Positions 1-10,445 of a stretch of 64,000 nt of DNA are shown piece by piece. The translations under genes and the position numbers were made by a program. Below the pieces are notes generated by a model. The model worked only from the letters and a program-made list of their open reading frames with translations. It made no database searches and had not been told where the DNA came from. The stretch's first letter is position 1, and every line of letters begins with the position of its first letter. The stretch lies in IMG/VR virus record IMGVR_UViG_3300027734_000038. The stretch is one strand, 5' to 3'. The stretch is from a virus.

Positions 1-1
1 T

Positions 2-328
2 CAAGGTTCTGCAAAGGTTTGGGTAAATTTTAACGGCACAGGCACAGTAGCTATTAGGGCTTCTTATAATGTATCTAGCATTACTGACAACGGCACAGGC
101 AACTACACAGTTAATTTTACAAACGCTTTAACCGATGCTAACTATGCAGTTCATGTAACAGGCACAGAAAATAATACTGGTGAGATTGCTCGTATTGCCA
201 CTGTTTACGGGGACGCAAGCACAGGTGCTTCAGGCAAAACATCAAGTGCAGTAAGAGTAGTTTTTGGTGCATCAAACGCCGCTACTTTTTTTGATTCTGC
301 CGAAATGAATGTAACTTGTTTTAGATAA
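2..328 (+). CDS. 3' part of a tail-fibre tip protein (runs in from left of window)
   Basis: Open frame ...AKVWVNFNGTGTVAIRASYNVSSITDNGTGNYTVNF...MNVTCFR*; paralogous to the C-terminal domain of 1284..2339. Confidence 0.75.
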   Translation, partial: QGSAKVWVNFNGTGTVAIRASYNVSSITDNGTGNYTVNFTNALTDANYAVHVTGTENNTGEIARIATVYGDASTGASGKTSSAVRVVFGASNAATFFDSAEMNVTCFR

Positions 329-345
329 TTTATAAAGGAAAAAAA

Positions 346-765
346 ATGACACAAGTAATTATTTTTACAAACGACAATGGTGGTGTATCAGTATGCACAC
401 CAACAGGCGAATTGCCAATCGAAGCCGTGTTAGCAAAAGATGTACCAGAAGGTCGTGGTGCTAAGATTGTTAGTAACACAGATTTACCAAACGAACACAA
501 TGATTTCTTCAATGCTTGGGAAATGGATGATGACGGTGTTGTTACTGTTAGTCTTACCAAAGCAAAAGAACTCACTAAGGCAAGACTTCGTTTAGAAAGA
601 ACACCTTTGTTGACTGCACAAGATGTGTTATATCAACGTGCTCAAGAAGCTAATGCTGATACTACAGCAATTGTTGCCGAGAAGAACAGACTTCGTGATA
701 TTACTTTGTTAGCTGATGCAGCAACAACTTTAGCTGCACTAAAAGCAATCTCAGTAGAGGCCTAA
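346..765 (+). CDS. small fibre-associated/assembly chaperone protein
   Basis: AAGGA RBS; C-terminal LRLERTPLL...D......EKNRLRDIT resembles tail-fibre assembly chaperones; follows a tip gene. Confidence 0.6.
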   Translation: MTQVIIFTNDNGGVSVCTPTGELPIEAVLAKDVPEGRGAKIVSNTDLPNEHNDFFNAWEMDDDGVVTVSLTKAKELTKARLRLERTPLLTAQDVLYQRAQEANADTTAIVAEKNRLRDITLLADAATTLAALKAISVEA

Positions 766-769
766 TAAA

Positions 770-1273
770 ATGTCAGTCACCATTTCTGGTAGTGGACAAA
801 TTGTAAAACAGATTCAACAGACTGTTGTTACAACTGGATCTTTTACTTCTACATCCACATCAATGGTGGACATTACCGGTATGTCTGTAAATATTACACC
901 TAGTAATGTTGCAAACAAAGTATTGATTACTGTATGCATGACTTATGCACAACAGTCCAACTATAATGTGGCATTTCAATTGTTAAGAAATGGAACTCCT
1001 GTAGGTATTGGCACAAGCGGAACAACAGGACCAAATTATTCTTTTATTGCTTCGCCTGCTGGAACAAATACTCCAAGTAATGTTAATTGGACTTTTTTAG
1101 ATTCACCATCTTCAACTTCTGCACTCACATATAAAATACAATGTAGGCAACAACTTGGTGGTGCAGGAACATTTGCATTAAATTTTGCAAACGGATATTT
1201 AAATGCCACTGCTGATGTATATGGTGGTTGTTATACGTCAACAATCACGGCACAAGAAATAGCATACGCTTAA
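770..1273 (+). CDS. fibre tip protein, type A (QVVQ...ITP...DSP.STS...ITAQEIA domain)
   Basis: Paralog of 15292, 18488 and 19339. Confidence 0.65.
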   Translation: MSVTISGSGQIVKQIQQTVVTTGSFTSTSTSMVDITGMSVNITPSNVANKVLITVCMTYAQQSNYNVAFQLLRNGTPVGIGTSGTTGPNYSFIASPAGTNTPSNVNWTFLDSPSSTSALTYKIQCRQQLGGAGTFALNFANGYLNATADVYGGCYTSTITAQEIAYA

Positions 1274-1283
1274 ATAATAACAA

Positions 1284-2339
1284 ATGACAATACTACAAAG
1301 TTCTATCGCAAGTAATGTAATCTCAGGAGCCACAGGTGCCACAGGTCCTTCTGGTTCTAATGGTACCAATGGAGCTACTGGTGCAACTGGTGCATCACCA
1401 TGGTCATTGAGTGGCTCAGATACATATTACACGGTTGGTAATGTAGGTATTGGTACTACTAGTCCTGCAAGCAAATTAGATGTAAAAGCTGGTACTGGCT
1501 CTGTAATTTCTCGTTCTACTAGCGGTACAAACTTTAAAGCGTTTTACGATGATGGTAGAACTACTTACACTTCTGTAAATTATGATGGCCTTTCTACAAC
1601 AGGAGCGCAAGATTTATTGCTTAATGCTGGAACTACTGCTTCACAAAATATGTTGTTTAGAACTGCTGACACAGAACGGATGCGTATTACTTCTGCTGGC
1701 GAATTGGGCGTTGGTGTAACTCCTAAAGCTTGGACCAATATTAAGTCAATTAGTTATGGGCAAAACGGTGCAGTTTATGGTGATGGTGCTAGTTATTCTT
1801 GGGCTTCTGGTATAGCTCAGAATAGTTACAACGAAACAAACGCATGGAAATATATTGCTTCAGGTTATTCTGCTAATAGATATGAACTTTCTGGTGATAA
1901 TGGAAGTCATGTTTGGTACACCGCTGGGTCAGGCACAGCAGGCGGCACTATTAGTTTTACGGAACAAGGGCGTTTTACTAGCGCAGGTGTTTTTCAGTTT
2001 AATTCAGGTTACGGTTCATCCGCTGCAGCATATGGTTGTCGTGCATGGGTTCATTTTACTGCAAGTAATGGCACAAGAAACGGTTCAGGAAATGTAAGTT
2101 CTGTAACCAGAAATGGCACGGCTGACTACACAGTAAATTTTGCTACTGCAATGCCAGATGGTAATTATGCAATTACCGGTTGTTTAAAACCAACTTCAGG
2201 TCAAACAGGTAATAATGCTCGAGATGTTCATGTAGCAGCAGAAACAGGTGCAAGCACATCTTCATTTAGAATTAGAACTGTTACTGCTGGTGCTGGTTTT
2301 GAAGAACCGGAATATGTTTATGTAGCAGTATTCAGATAA
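1284..2339 (+). CDS. tail fibre protein (short collagen, GNVGIGT/ERMRI repeats, C-terminal tip)
   Basis: GAT triplets; GNVGIGTTSP and TERMRI fibre repeats. Confidence 0.75.
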   Translation: MTILQSSIASNVISGATGATGPSGSNGTNGATGATGASPWSLSGSDTYYTVGNVGIGTTSPASKLDVKAGTGSVISRSTSGTNFKAFYDDGRTTYTSVNYDGLSTTGAQDLLLNAGTTASQNMLFRTADTERMRITSAGELGVGVTPKAWTNIKSISYGQNGAVYGDGASYSWASGIAQNSYNETNAWKYIASGYSANRYELSGDNGSHVWYTAGSGTAGGTISFTEQGRFTSAGVFQFNSGYGSSAAAYGCRAWVHFTASNGTRNGSGNVSSVTRNGTADYTVNFATAMPDGNYAITGCLKPTSGQTGNNARDVHVAAETGASTSSFRIRTVTAGAGFEEPEYVYVAVFR

Positions 2340-2348
2340 AAATAAAAA

Positions 2349-2987
2349 ATGACCTCATTAAGTAACTTAATATCTTCTGCAATCTCTGGTGCCACAGGTG
2401 CCGTAGGTCCTACTGGTCCCACAGGACCAAATGGTGCATCTGGTCCAGCCGGTCCTACAGGTCCATTAGGACCAACTGGTGCAACAGGCGTAACTGGTCC
2501 TACAGGACCAACTGGTGGTCAAGGTGCCACAGGTGTTACAGGTCCTACGGGTCCATTAGGACCTACAGGACCAGCTGGTGCTACTGGTCCTGCCGGTTCT
2601 GTTGGAGTTACATCCCTTAACGGACAAACTGGTGCAATTACTAATACAGACATAGATGCTATTGGTAGTGTGATTGTTGCGGTGTATGCTATTAATGCTC
2701 CTAGCACAGCACCAGGGACATATGGATGGCAAACAACTAATGCAAATACTACAGTTGCGGGTTCAAATTTACGCTATAACTTTACTATACCTACATATAC
2801 AGAAGTTGCGGGAATTAGAAGTTGGTATACAAAAAACGTAGGTAGTAATTCGCCAAGTTATAACGGTGGCGGCACATCGCTTTCAGGAACTTGGAGAACT
2901 TTAAGTTATGAAAACAGATTTGGTTCAGAAGGTGACGGTAATTGGAGTTTTAGTTGGAATCCAGTATTATGTGTAAGAGTTTCTTAA
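2349..2987 (+). CDS. collagen-like fibre protein with C-terminal tip
   Basis: More than 20 G-X-T triplets, then ...LSGTWR...LCVRVS. Confidence 0.75.
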   Translation: MTSLSNLISSAISGATGAVGPTGPTGPNGASGPAGPTGPLGPTGATGVTGPTGPTGGQGATGVTGPTGPLGPTGPAGATGPAGSVGVTSLNGQTGAITNTDIDAIGSVIVAVYAINAPSTAPGTYGWQTTNANTTVAGSNLRYNFTIPTYTEVAGIRSWYTKNVGSNSPSYNGGGTSLSGTWRTLSYENRFGSEGDGNWSFSWNPVLCVRVS

Positions 2988-2999
2988 AAGGATAAAATA

Positions 3000-3263
3000 A
3001 TGTTTACTATTCAATATGTTAAAGATTTGCAATGGTGTGATACAGAACACACTTTTTTTACTTGCGTTGCTAAATACGAAGAATTTAACGAAGAACATCC
3101 AACTGGTGTAAATGCAACTGACCATTATGCTCATATACAAGAAATTTGGGCTAAAGGTAATGCAGGCGAATATGGGGTAATTGCTGAATACATACCGCCA
3201 CCACCTGAAATCCCACCACTTCCTGATCCCGTAGTAACACCTGAACCGCCTGTTTTGGAGTAA
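3000..3263 (+). CDS. small fibre-assembly partner protein
   Basis: AGGA RBS; GEYGVIAEY-PPP motif typical of fibre chaperones; follows tip gene. Confidence 0.55.
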   Translation: MFTIQYVKDLQWCDTEHTFFTCVAKYEEFNEEHPTGVNATDHYAHIQEIWAKGNAGEYGVIAEYIPPPPEIPPLPDPVVTPEPPVLE

Positions 3264-3265
3264 AT

Positions 3266-3412
3266 ATGGTTTATCCTAACTCTACACCTGAATTTCGCAT
3301 TGTTGTAAAGCAAAATGGTTCAGAAGAACTACAAGTGCGGTATATAAATTCAGCAATGGGTTACACAGGCAAATGGATGCCGGTAAAAATAGAAAAAGAA
3401 AAAGTAGAATAA
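3266..3412 (+). CDS. hypothetical 48-aa protein (not in ORF track)
   Basis: MVYPNSTPEFRIVVKQNGSEELQVRYINSAMGYTGKWMPVKIEKEKVE*; fills the gap between neighbours. Confidence 0.55.
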   Translation: MVYPNSTPEFRIVVKQNGSEELQVRYINSAMGYTGKWMPVKIEKEKVE

Positions 3413-3418
3413 TAATAA

Positions 3419-4327
3419 ATGGCAACTAATTCAAACTTTAAAATCAAGAATGGCCTGACAGTCAACACGACTGATGTTATTGCTGCCAACGGAGCTTGGA
3501 TTGGTATTGCTACAAACTTAGTAGGTGGCACAGGCGCAACAGGTGTTACAGGTCCTACAGGTGCGACAGGCGTTCAAGGACTTTTAGGGCCCACAGGTCC
3601 TACTGGTGCCACGGGTATTACGGGTTCAACAGGACCAGATGGTCCAACCGGCCCAACCGGTTCTACAGGACCAACAGGTCCATTAGGTGCAACTGGTCTA
3701 ACAGGACCACAAGGTGCGACAGGCGTTACTGGTCCATCAGGTCCAGTCGGTTCAACAGGTATCACAGGACCTACTGGTCCTACAGGCCCAGCCGGTCCTA
3801 CTGGTGCAACTGGTGGTTTGCAAGCTTGGCTTGTAATTACTGCTAATACAGCTGCATCAGGCAACACACAATATATTGCTAACACAGCTGCTGGTTCATT
3901 TACATTAACATTACCTGCAACACCAAACATTGGTTCAACAGTTGCTGTTGCCGATGGTTACAGTTGGGGTGCCAACAATTTAGTTGTAGCACGCAATGGT
4001 TCTACTATTGAAAGAGTTGCAGATGATATCTCTCTCAATATTACAAACAGTTTAGTTTATTTTGTATACACAGGCGACACATGGCAGGTTGTATCTACTG
4101 CTGGTCCTGCCGGTGCAACTGGTGCTACAGGTGCAAATGGTAGTAATGGTGCTTCTGGTGCCACAGGTCCTGGTGGTTCATATACTGGATTTGTAATTCA
4201 CACAGATACTATTCAAGCAAACACAACGATTGCTTCAGGCAATAATGCCTTGTCTGTTGGACCAATCACACAAGCAAACAATGTCACAGTAACTCTTGCT
4301 AGCGGTCAACGCTGGATAGTAATCTAA
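3419..4327 (+). CDS. collagen-like fibre stalk/adaptor (gp34-like repeat domain; C-terminal SVGPIT adaptor)
   Basis: MATNSNF N-terminus shared with 7297; GPT collagen; FTLTLPATP...[11 protein letters not shown] domain; ends [24 protein letters not shown]. Confidence 0.75.
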   Translation: MATNSNFKIKNGLTVNTTDVIAANGAWIGIATNLVGGTGATGVTGPTGATGVQGLLGPTGPTGATGITGSTGPDGPTGPTGSTGPTGPLGATGLTGPQGATGVTGPSGPVGSTGITGPTGPTGPAGPTGATGGLQAWLVITANTAASGNTQYIANTAAGSFTLTLPATPNIGSTVAVADGYSWGANNLVVARNGSTIERVADDISLNITNSLVYFVYTGDTWQVVSTAGPAGATGATGANGSNGASGATGPGGSYTGFVIHTDTIQANTTIASGNNALSVGPITQANNVTVTLASGQRWIVI

Positions 4328-4335
4328 GGAATAAC

Positions 4336-4926
4336 ATGGCTCTCATTTTTGATGGCACAACCGGTACAATTAGTGGAGCAGTAGTTGCCAACACACAGTT
4401 GTCTGGCACAATGACTTCTTCACAAATTGGTTCTGTTTCTAATACATCAATTACAGGCACTATGGCATACTCACAGATGCCTTCAGGTAGTGTTGTTCAA
4501 GTTGCTGTGGGTCAAACAGATTTTAACGGTACTTTAACTGAAGGTGCTTCATATACTGTTGGTTCAGCAATTACTCCTGTAACTAGTTATTCTAAACTAT
4601 TAATGGTTGGTAATGTATATTTGCGTTCACCTTATGCTTATGGTGGTTATGGCGATTATACTATTGGACCTAACTACGGTATTGGTAATAGCCTTTCAGA
4701 TTCAAGTAGTACCTATACAATATTTCTTCAAGGCATGAACTCTGGTAATTTTGGAGGAGGTTCTTATACTGCTTCATCAAGCACTCCAAGTATTATGCAT
4801 TATGCTGTAAAAGGCACCGGTTCTTGGACAACTTCTGACACTCCACGATATACTATGCAGATTGGTCCTGTTTATGGCGGAACCTATTGGGGTAAAATGA
4901 CAGTTATCTACTACTTTATTAAATAA
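4336..4926 (+). CDS. fibre tip protein (divergent type A)
   Basis: MPSGSVVQV...ITP...SKLL motif. Confidence 0.6.
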   Translation: MALIFDGTTGTISGAVVANTQLSGTMTSSQIGSVSNTSITGTMAYSQMPSGSVVQVAVGQTDFNGTLTEGASYTVGSAITPVTSYSKLLMVGNVYLRSPYAYGGYGDYTIGPNYGIGNSLSDSSSTYTIFLQGMNSGNFGGGSYTASSSTPSIMHYAVKGTGSWTTSDTPRYTMQIGPVYGGTYWGKMTVIYYFIK

Positions 4927-4933
4927 GAAAACT

Positions 4934-5263
4934 ATGGAACAAGCAATTAAATTTATAGAAGCTGTCATAACATTGAGGCCAAATTCTATTGGTAAATTTG
5001 CCACTAGTGGTATTGAAATTACGGAATGGCACGATGAAAATAATATTCAGCCAACAAATGAAGAAGTCTTAGCAGAAGTTGCAAGAAAAGAATCTGAGTA
5101 TGACAACAATGAGTATCAAAGAAATAGAGCAAAAAAATATCCAGCAATTGCGGACCAACTTGATATGTTATGGCACGCAATGGATACTGGAGCATTACCT
5201 AAAGTTGATTCATTCTATGACGCCATTCAAGCCGTTAAGAATGAGTATCCTAAAGCAGAATAA
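4934..5263 (+). CDS. type-A tip partner protein
   Basis: YQRNRAKKYPAIADQLDMLWH; paralog of 15759. Confidence 0.6.
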   Translation: MEQAIKFIEAVITLRPNSIGKFATSGIEITEWHDENNIQPTNEEVLAEVARKESEYDNNEYQRNRAKKYPAIADQLDMLWHAMDTGALPKVDSFYDAIQAVKNEYPKAE

Positions 5264-5273
5264 ATAATACACA

Positions 5274-6194
5274 ATGAGCACAATATCAGCCGGCACAAGT
5301 AACACTACCTCACTCGTATACACAGGTGATACGACAGGTAACTTAGCGTTCCAAATTAATGGAACTACCGAAGCCATGCGTATCACTTCTGGTGGAAATG
5401 TGGGAGTTGGTACTACTAGTCCAGAAAAGAATTTTGATATTCTTGTGACTGGATCCAACCCAACATCAAATTTGCAAGTTCGAGCAAATCGCACAGGATA
5501 CGGAAATGTTAGAGCAGGACTTTCTGTTTATGCAGCAGGTAGTTCTTCTACAGACATTACAACGTTGGTTAATGAAGGCGGTGTTTTAGCATTTCAAACA
5601 GGATCTACAGAACGGATGCGTATTAAATCTACTGGTGCTGTTGTTGTTGGTAAAACAACTGAATCAGGAATGGCTACTGGCAGTTCTGTAAATATGGGTA
5701 TATGTTTAAATGATAGTGGCAATCCAGGAATCCTTACTATTCAAGAAAATACTGATGCTAATTTATATTTGTCTAAAGCAAGCGGATATTCATCAGGCAT
5801 ATATACAAGATTTTATGTAACAGGTACACAAGTAGGTAAGATTGAAAGTAACGGATCATCTACGTCTTATGTGACTTCTTCTGACTATCGTTTAAAAGAA
5901 AATATTACACCAATGATTGGTGCTTTGGCTAAAATAGCGTTGTTAAAACCTGTTACTTACAAATGGAAAGCTAACGGTTCTGCAAGTGAAGGTTTTATTG
6001 CCCATGAATTGCAAGAGGTTTGTCCAGAGGCAGTAAGTGGAAAAAAAGATGCCGTAAATAAAAATGGAGATATTGAGCCACAAGGTGTTGACACATCATT
6101 CTTAGTGGCTACTTTAACTGCCGCTATTCAAGAACTAAACGCTAAAGTAGATGCACAAGCCGCAGAAATTGCCGCATTGAAAGGAAATAATTAA
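5274..6194 (+). CDS. tail fibre with C-terminal intramolecular chaperone (peptidase S74-like)
   Basis: SSDYRLKENI, GFIAHE, C-terminal coiled coil. Confidence 0.8.
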   Translation: MSTISAGTSNTTSLVYTGDTTGNLAFQINGTTEAMRITSGGNVGVGTTSPEKNFDILVTGSNPTSNLQVRANRTGYGNVRAGLSVYAAGSSSTDITTLVNEGGVLAFQTGSTERMRIKSTGAVVVGKTTESGMATGSSVNMGICLNDSGNPGILTIQENTDANLYLSKASGYSSGIYTRFYVTGTQVGKIESNGSSTSYVTSSDYRLKENITPMIGALAKIALLKPVTYKWKANGSASEGFIAHELQEVCPEAVSGKKDAVNKNGDIEPQGVDTSFLVATLTAAIQELNAKVDAQAAEIAALKGNN

Positions 6195-6982
6195 TGCCTT
6201 CAACCGTCAATGCAGACAATGGTGTATCATCAGGTTCAGTAGGTCTTAAATACGCCTCTGACAATAGCGGAGTATTGGCTCTACAAACAAATGGTAACAC
6301 AGCAGTAACGATTACATCTGCAAACAATGTGGGTATTGGAACAACAAGTCCAGATTCATTACTTCATGTAGTTAATCCATTGAGTGCTTCTATTCGTGTT
6401 GGTTATGCCGGCGGTTCTACAAATTATTATGATGCATCTGTTCACACATTTAGAGCAAACACAGGATCACCTTCTGTATTTGTGGCAAATCAATATGGTA
6501 TTGGATTAGGGACAGTTACACCATCTTCAGGTATGGGTATTGCTTTTCCAGCGGCACAAGTTGCTTCATCTGATCCTAATACATTAGATGATTATGAAGA
6601 AGGTACATTTACACCTATTGTTTATGGTGGCAGTTCTACTGGAACAACAACTTACAGTTCTCAATATGGAAAATATACAAGAATTGGAAATGTTGTAACT
6701 ATTAGCGCCCAAATGGATTGGACTTCTGCTACAGGAACAGGGTCAATGCAGATTGGAGGTTTTCCTTTTACGAGTTCTAGCACAACAGGTATTAATCCAA
6801 TTGGAACCGTAATGATGTATAATATTGCCGTTCCAGCAAGCAGTATTTTCTTTTCTCTATATACAAACGGTAATAATACTGTTGCAAATATTTATGCTAA
6901 TAGAGATAACAATACTTGGACTGCCGTTCAAATGGATTCTAACGCTATATTGTTATACACATTAACTTATTTTACGGCTTAA
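6194..6982 (+). CDS. tail fibre tip protein
   Basis: NVGIGTTSP; DPNTLDDYEEGTFTP...GKYTRIGNVVT domain. Confidence 0.7.
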   Translation: MPSTVNADNGVSSGSVGLKYASDNSGVLALQTNGNTAVTITSANNVGIGTTSPDSLLHVVNPLSASIRVGYAGGSTNYYDASVHTFRANTGSPSVFVANQYGIGLGTVTPSSGMGIAFPAAQVASSDPNTLDDYEEGTFTPIVYGGSSTGTTTYSSQYGKYTRIGNVVTISAQMDWTSATGTGSMQIGGFPFTSSSTTGINPIGTVMMYNIAVPASSIFFSLYTNGNNTVANIYANRDNNTWTAVQMDSNAILLYTLTYFTA

Positions 6983-7033
6983 TTATAAATTATCTAAAGT
7001 GGATTCTTTAGATGGACAAAAGGAGAAGTGAAA

Positions 7034-7285
7034 ATGGCATTAACAAAAGAAGTAGTAATCGATAAAGTAGAAGTAGTAGAAAACGGAATTGTTCAGGTTC
7101 GTCAAGTAACACGAATCATGGAAGATGGTAATCAATTATCTTCTTCCTATCACCGTTGGACATTAACACCAGGTCAAGATGTAACTGACCAAGAATCAAA
7201 AGTTCAAGCAGTATGTAATGCTGTGTGGACAGAAGAAGTTATTGCTGCATACGAAGCACAACAAGAAGCTAACAGACCAGTTTAA
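7034..7285 (+). CDS. small partner protein of preceding tip
   Basis: MALTKEVVIDKVEV...VQAVCNAVWT; AGGAG RBS. Confidence 0.6.
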   Translation: MALTKEVVIDKVEVVENGIVQVRQVTRIMEDGNQLSSSYHRWTLTPGQDVTDQESKVQAVCNAVWTEEVIAAYEAQQEANRPV

Positions 7286-7296
7286 TAAAGTAAATA

Positions 7297-8106
7297 ATGG
7301 CAACTAATTCAAACTTCATAATTAAAAATGGCCTGACAGTAGGCGCTAATACTGTTATTGCCGCTAACGGTATGTGGGTTGGTGCCAACACAAATTTAGT
7401 AGGTGCCACAGGTATTGCTGGTCCAACAGGACCTACAGGTCCACAAGGTTCAACAGGTCCTGCCGGTCCAACTGGTGCAACAGGTACTATTACCGCATGG
7501 ACTAGAGTTACTGCCAATACAAATCTTACAGCCAATGCACAATACATTGCTGATACATCTGGTGGTCCTTTTACTGTAACACTACCAGCAACTCCATCTT
7601 TAGGAACTATTGAAGTTATTTCTGATGGCGCTGCATGGGGTAATAACAATCTGACAGTTGCTCGTAATGGTTCTACTATTGAAGGACAGGCACAAGATTT
7701 AATATTAAATATTTCAACTAGTTTAGTGTATTTAATTTATGATGGCACTACTTGGAATCTTACTTCGACTGCTGGTCCACAAGGTGCCACCGGTCCTTTA
7801 GGTCCTACTGGACCAACAGGTGCGACTGGTGCAGGTTCTACTGGTGCCACCGGTTCTACTGGACCTGGAGGTCCTGCCGGTCCATCCGGTCCAACAGGTC
7901 CAACTGGTGCAACAGGTGCTTTTTCTGGCACGACAGCAGCACAGATTATAACAACAAACACAACTGCAGCTACTTCTAATATAACCGGTTCTATTATTGG
8001 TGCTGGTGGTTTAGGTGTTTCAGGTAATGTTTATGCAGATGCAGTTTATTCTGGTGGTCAAGAAGTTATTGGAACAAGTCTAGCCTTTTCAATTGCTTTG
8101 GGGTGA
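7297..8106 (+). CDS. collagen-like fibre stalk/adaptor
   Basis: Paralog of 3419 (N-terminus, collagen, LTLPATP domain); ends AFSIALG. Confidence 0.75.
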   Translation: MATNSNFIIKNGLTVGANTVIAANGMWVGANTNLVGATGIAGPTGPTGPQGSTGPAGPTGATGTITAWTRVTANTNLTANAQYIADTSGGPFTVTLPATPSLGTIEVISDGAAWGNNNLTVARNGSTIEGQAQDLILNISTSLVYLIYDGTTWNLTSTAGPQGATGPLGPTGPTGATGAGSTGATGSTGPGGPAGPSGPTGPTGATGAFSGTTAAQIITTNTTAATSNITGSIIGAGGLGVSGNVYADAVYSGGQEVIGTSLAFSIALG

Positions 8107-8109
8107 TAA

Positions 8110-8802
8110 ATGAATAGTGGAATATATTGCATAACAAATACTATAACCGGTAAAAAATATATTGGTCAAAGTAAAAATATTAAAAGAAGATTTAATAGCC
8201 ATAAAAGAGCATCTGTAACCAAGAAAAAAGGTGAATGTTTTTATTTACAAAATGCAATTGGTAAACATGGTATAGATAATTTTACTTTTGAAATATTGTT
8301 ATATGCAACAGATAGAGATTATTTAAACATTATGGAACGAAAATGTATAATTGAATTCGATACATTATCTCCTAATGGTTATAATTTGGATACTGGTGGT
8401 TATTTTAATAAAACCATTAGTGAATCAACAAGACAAAAAATGAATGGTAGAACTCCTTGGAATAAAGGTGTTCCTATGTCAGAAGAACAAAAACAAAAAT
8501 TATCTAAAATGAAAAAAGGAAAACCTGCGGCCAACAAAGGAGTTCCTGCTTCAGAAGAACAGAAAAGAAAACAATCAATTGCAATGAAAGGAAAACCTGC
8601 GGTTAATAAAGGTATTCCTATGTCTGAGGAACAAAAAAAGAAGCTTCGTAAAGCGGATAAATCTTACACTCAGACACCAGAGTATAGAAAAAAGATGAGT
8701 GAATCTCTTAAAAAAAGAGTCATTTCACCAGAGCATAGGGCAAAAATTAACGCCGGACAAAGGTTAAGAGCCGAACTAAATAGAAGTAGAAAAGGATTAT
8801 AA
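8110..8802 (+). mobile_element. free-standing GIY-YIG homing endonuclease with NUMOD3-like repeats (Seg-like)
   Basis: SGIYCITN...KKYIGQS, conserved R and E, NGYN; three NKG.P.SEEQK repeats; more AT-rich than its neighbours. Confidence 0.9.
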
Positions 8803-9131
8803 TGGCCAATACATTTACAAGTTATCTCAATAAGAATATTCCAACTACGGGTGCAACTGTTGTAACCGCTTCTGGTGGAACACAGACTACAGTTATTGGC
8901 CTATCTTGTGCAAACATTTCTACTGCAAATACTATTACTGCTGATGTTTATATTACTCGTTCAGCAGTAGATTATTATTTGGTTAAAGGTGCTACAGTAC
9001 CTATTGGTGGTTCTCTTGTGGTAGTTGGCGGAGACCAAAAGGTTGTTCTTGTTGCTGGCGATGCACTCAAAGTGGTGTCATCTGCAAACACTTCAATGGA
9101 TGTTGTTACATCTGCACTAGTCATCTCATAA
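8802..9131 (+). CDS. small virion structural/adaptor protein
   Basis: MANTF...; beta-rich, QKVVLVAGDALKV; type common in fibre loci of T4-like phages. Confidence 0.6.
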   Translation: MANTFTSYLNKNIPTTGATVVTASGGTQTTVIGLSCANISTANTITADVYITRSAVDYYLVKGATVPIGGSLVVVGGDQKVVLVAGDALKVVSSANTSMDVVTSALVIS

Positions 9132-9140
9132 GGATAATTA

Positions 9141-10445
9141 ATGTCTTTTATTGGGAATAGTTTTACTAATCAAACATTTGTTCCACAAGTAGATTACTTT
9201 AATGGTAATGCCTCTAATACTGCATTTACTTTAAGTAGAAATGTTGCCTCAGCTGCTGATGTTCAAGTGGTTATCGAAAACGTACCACAGAATCCATCAT
9301 CAGCATTTACAGTATCAGGTAATGTAATCACATTTACTTCTGCACCACCTAGTGGCACAAACAACATCTATGTTCGTTACACAAGTCCAACAACCAATTT
9401 GGTTAAGCCGGCTCCTGGTACAGTAAGTAATACAGAAATTAGTTCTGCATTTTCTTTGTGGAATTTAAGTGGTGCTGATATTAATTATACAGCAGGTAAT
9501 GTGGGGATTGGTACTGCTAGTCCGACAGGAAAGTTAAATGTTGTTCAAAACGGAACTCCTATTATTTCTCAATTTAATAGGACTGATGCTGGAACAGGAC
9601 TTGTTATAGCTGCAGATTCTTCTGGACCATATTTTAGACCCACAACAAGTAGTGCAATTCGCTGGAATAATTCAGGTAATACAGTAGAATATATGCGAAT
9701 TGATTCTAATGGTAATATTGGTATTGGTGCTACTAGTCCTTGGTCACAAGTTTCAATGTTAACGCCAGCTGGAGGAACAGACGGATATTTTGGTGTTAAA
9801 GACACTACTTATGGTGGTGATGTTCGTTTTGGCAAAGCAAGTGGTATTAACAATAATGCAATTGCAGGAGTTTGGTCAAATAACGAATTTCTGTTTTACA
9901 CCAACGGCACAGAACGGATGCGTATTAGTTCTGGTGGTAATTTTCTTGTTGGCGGCACAACACCAATAGGAACAGATGGAAACTTATTAGCAAGCGCTGA
10001 TTACACATCAACTTATAGAAGCACAGGAACTTCTGGTGCTTATATTCATGCTTTTGCATCTGATATAGGTGGAACAAGAACAGTTAAATATGCCGTTTAT
10101 GCTAACGGAACTGTAGGCGCAGTATCAGACCAAAACTTTAAAAAGAATATTGAACCAGCTAGAAATTACCTTGCTGATTTAATGAATATTGAAGTTGTTA
10201 AATACAACTGGAAATCAGATGAAGAAAATGCACCTAAAGAATTAGGTTACATTGCTCAACAAGTAGAAACTGTTTTTGCTGGAATGGTTGATGAGCAAAC
10301 ATATAAAGATGGTAATGGCGAAGAAGTAACACAAAAAATGTTGAAGAAAGAAGTGTTTGTGCCCATGCTTCTCAAAGCAATACAAGAACAACAAGCAATT
10401 ATAGAAGATTTAAAATCTCGTATTGAAGTATTGGAGGCCAAATAA
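9141..10445 (+). CDS. tail fibre with S74-like chaperone domain
   Basis: MSFIGN; FNG..AFTL...FTSAPP domain; GNVGIGT repeats; VSDQNFKKNI, GYIAQQ. Confidence 0.8.
   Translation: MSFIGNSFTNQTFVPQVDYFNGNASNTAFTLSRNVASAADVQVVIENVPQNPSSAFTVSGNVITFTSAPPSGTNNIYVRYTSPTTNLVKPAPGTVSNTEISSAFSLWNLSGADINYTAGNVGIGTASPTGKLNVVQNGTPIISQFNRTDAGTGLVIAADSSGPYFRPTTSSAIRWNNSGNTVEYMRIDSNGNIGIGATSPWSQVSMLTPAGGTDGYFGVKDTTYGGDVRFGKASGINNNAIAGVWSNNEFLFYTNGTERMRISSGGNFLVGGTTPIGTDGNLLASADYTSTYRSTGTSGAYIHAFASDIGGTRTVKYAVYANGTVGAVSDQNFKKNIEPARNYLADLMNIEVVKYNWKSDEENAPKELGYIAQQVETVFAGMVDEQTYKDGNGEEVTQKMLKKEVFVPMLLKAIQEQQAIIEDLKSRIEVLEAK

Noticed and set aside
8107-8802. Group I intron around the GIY-YIG gene
   Set aside because: Flanking genes are intact and abut the ORF; no space for a ribozyme core
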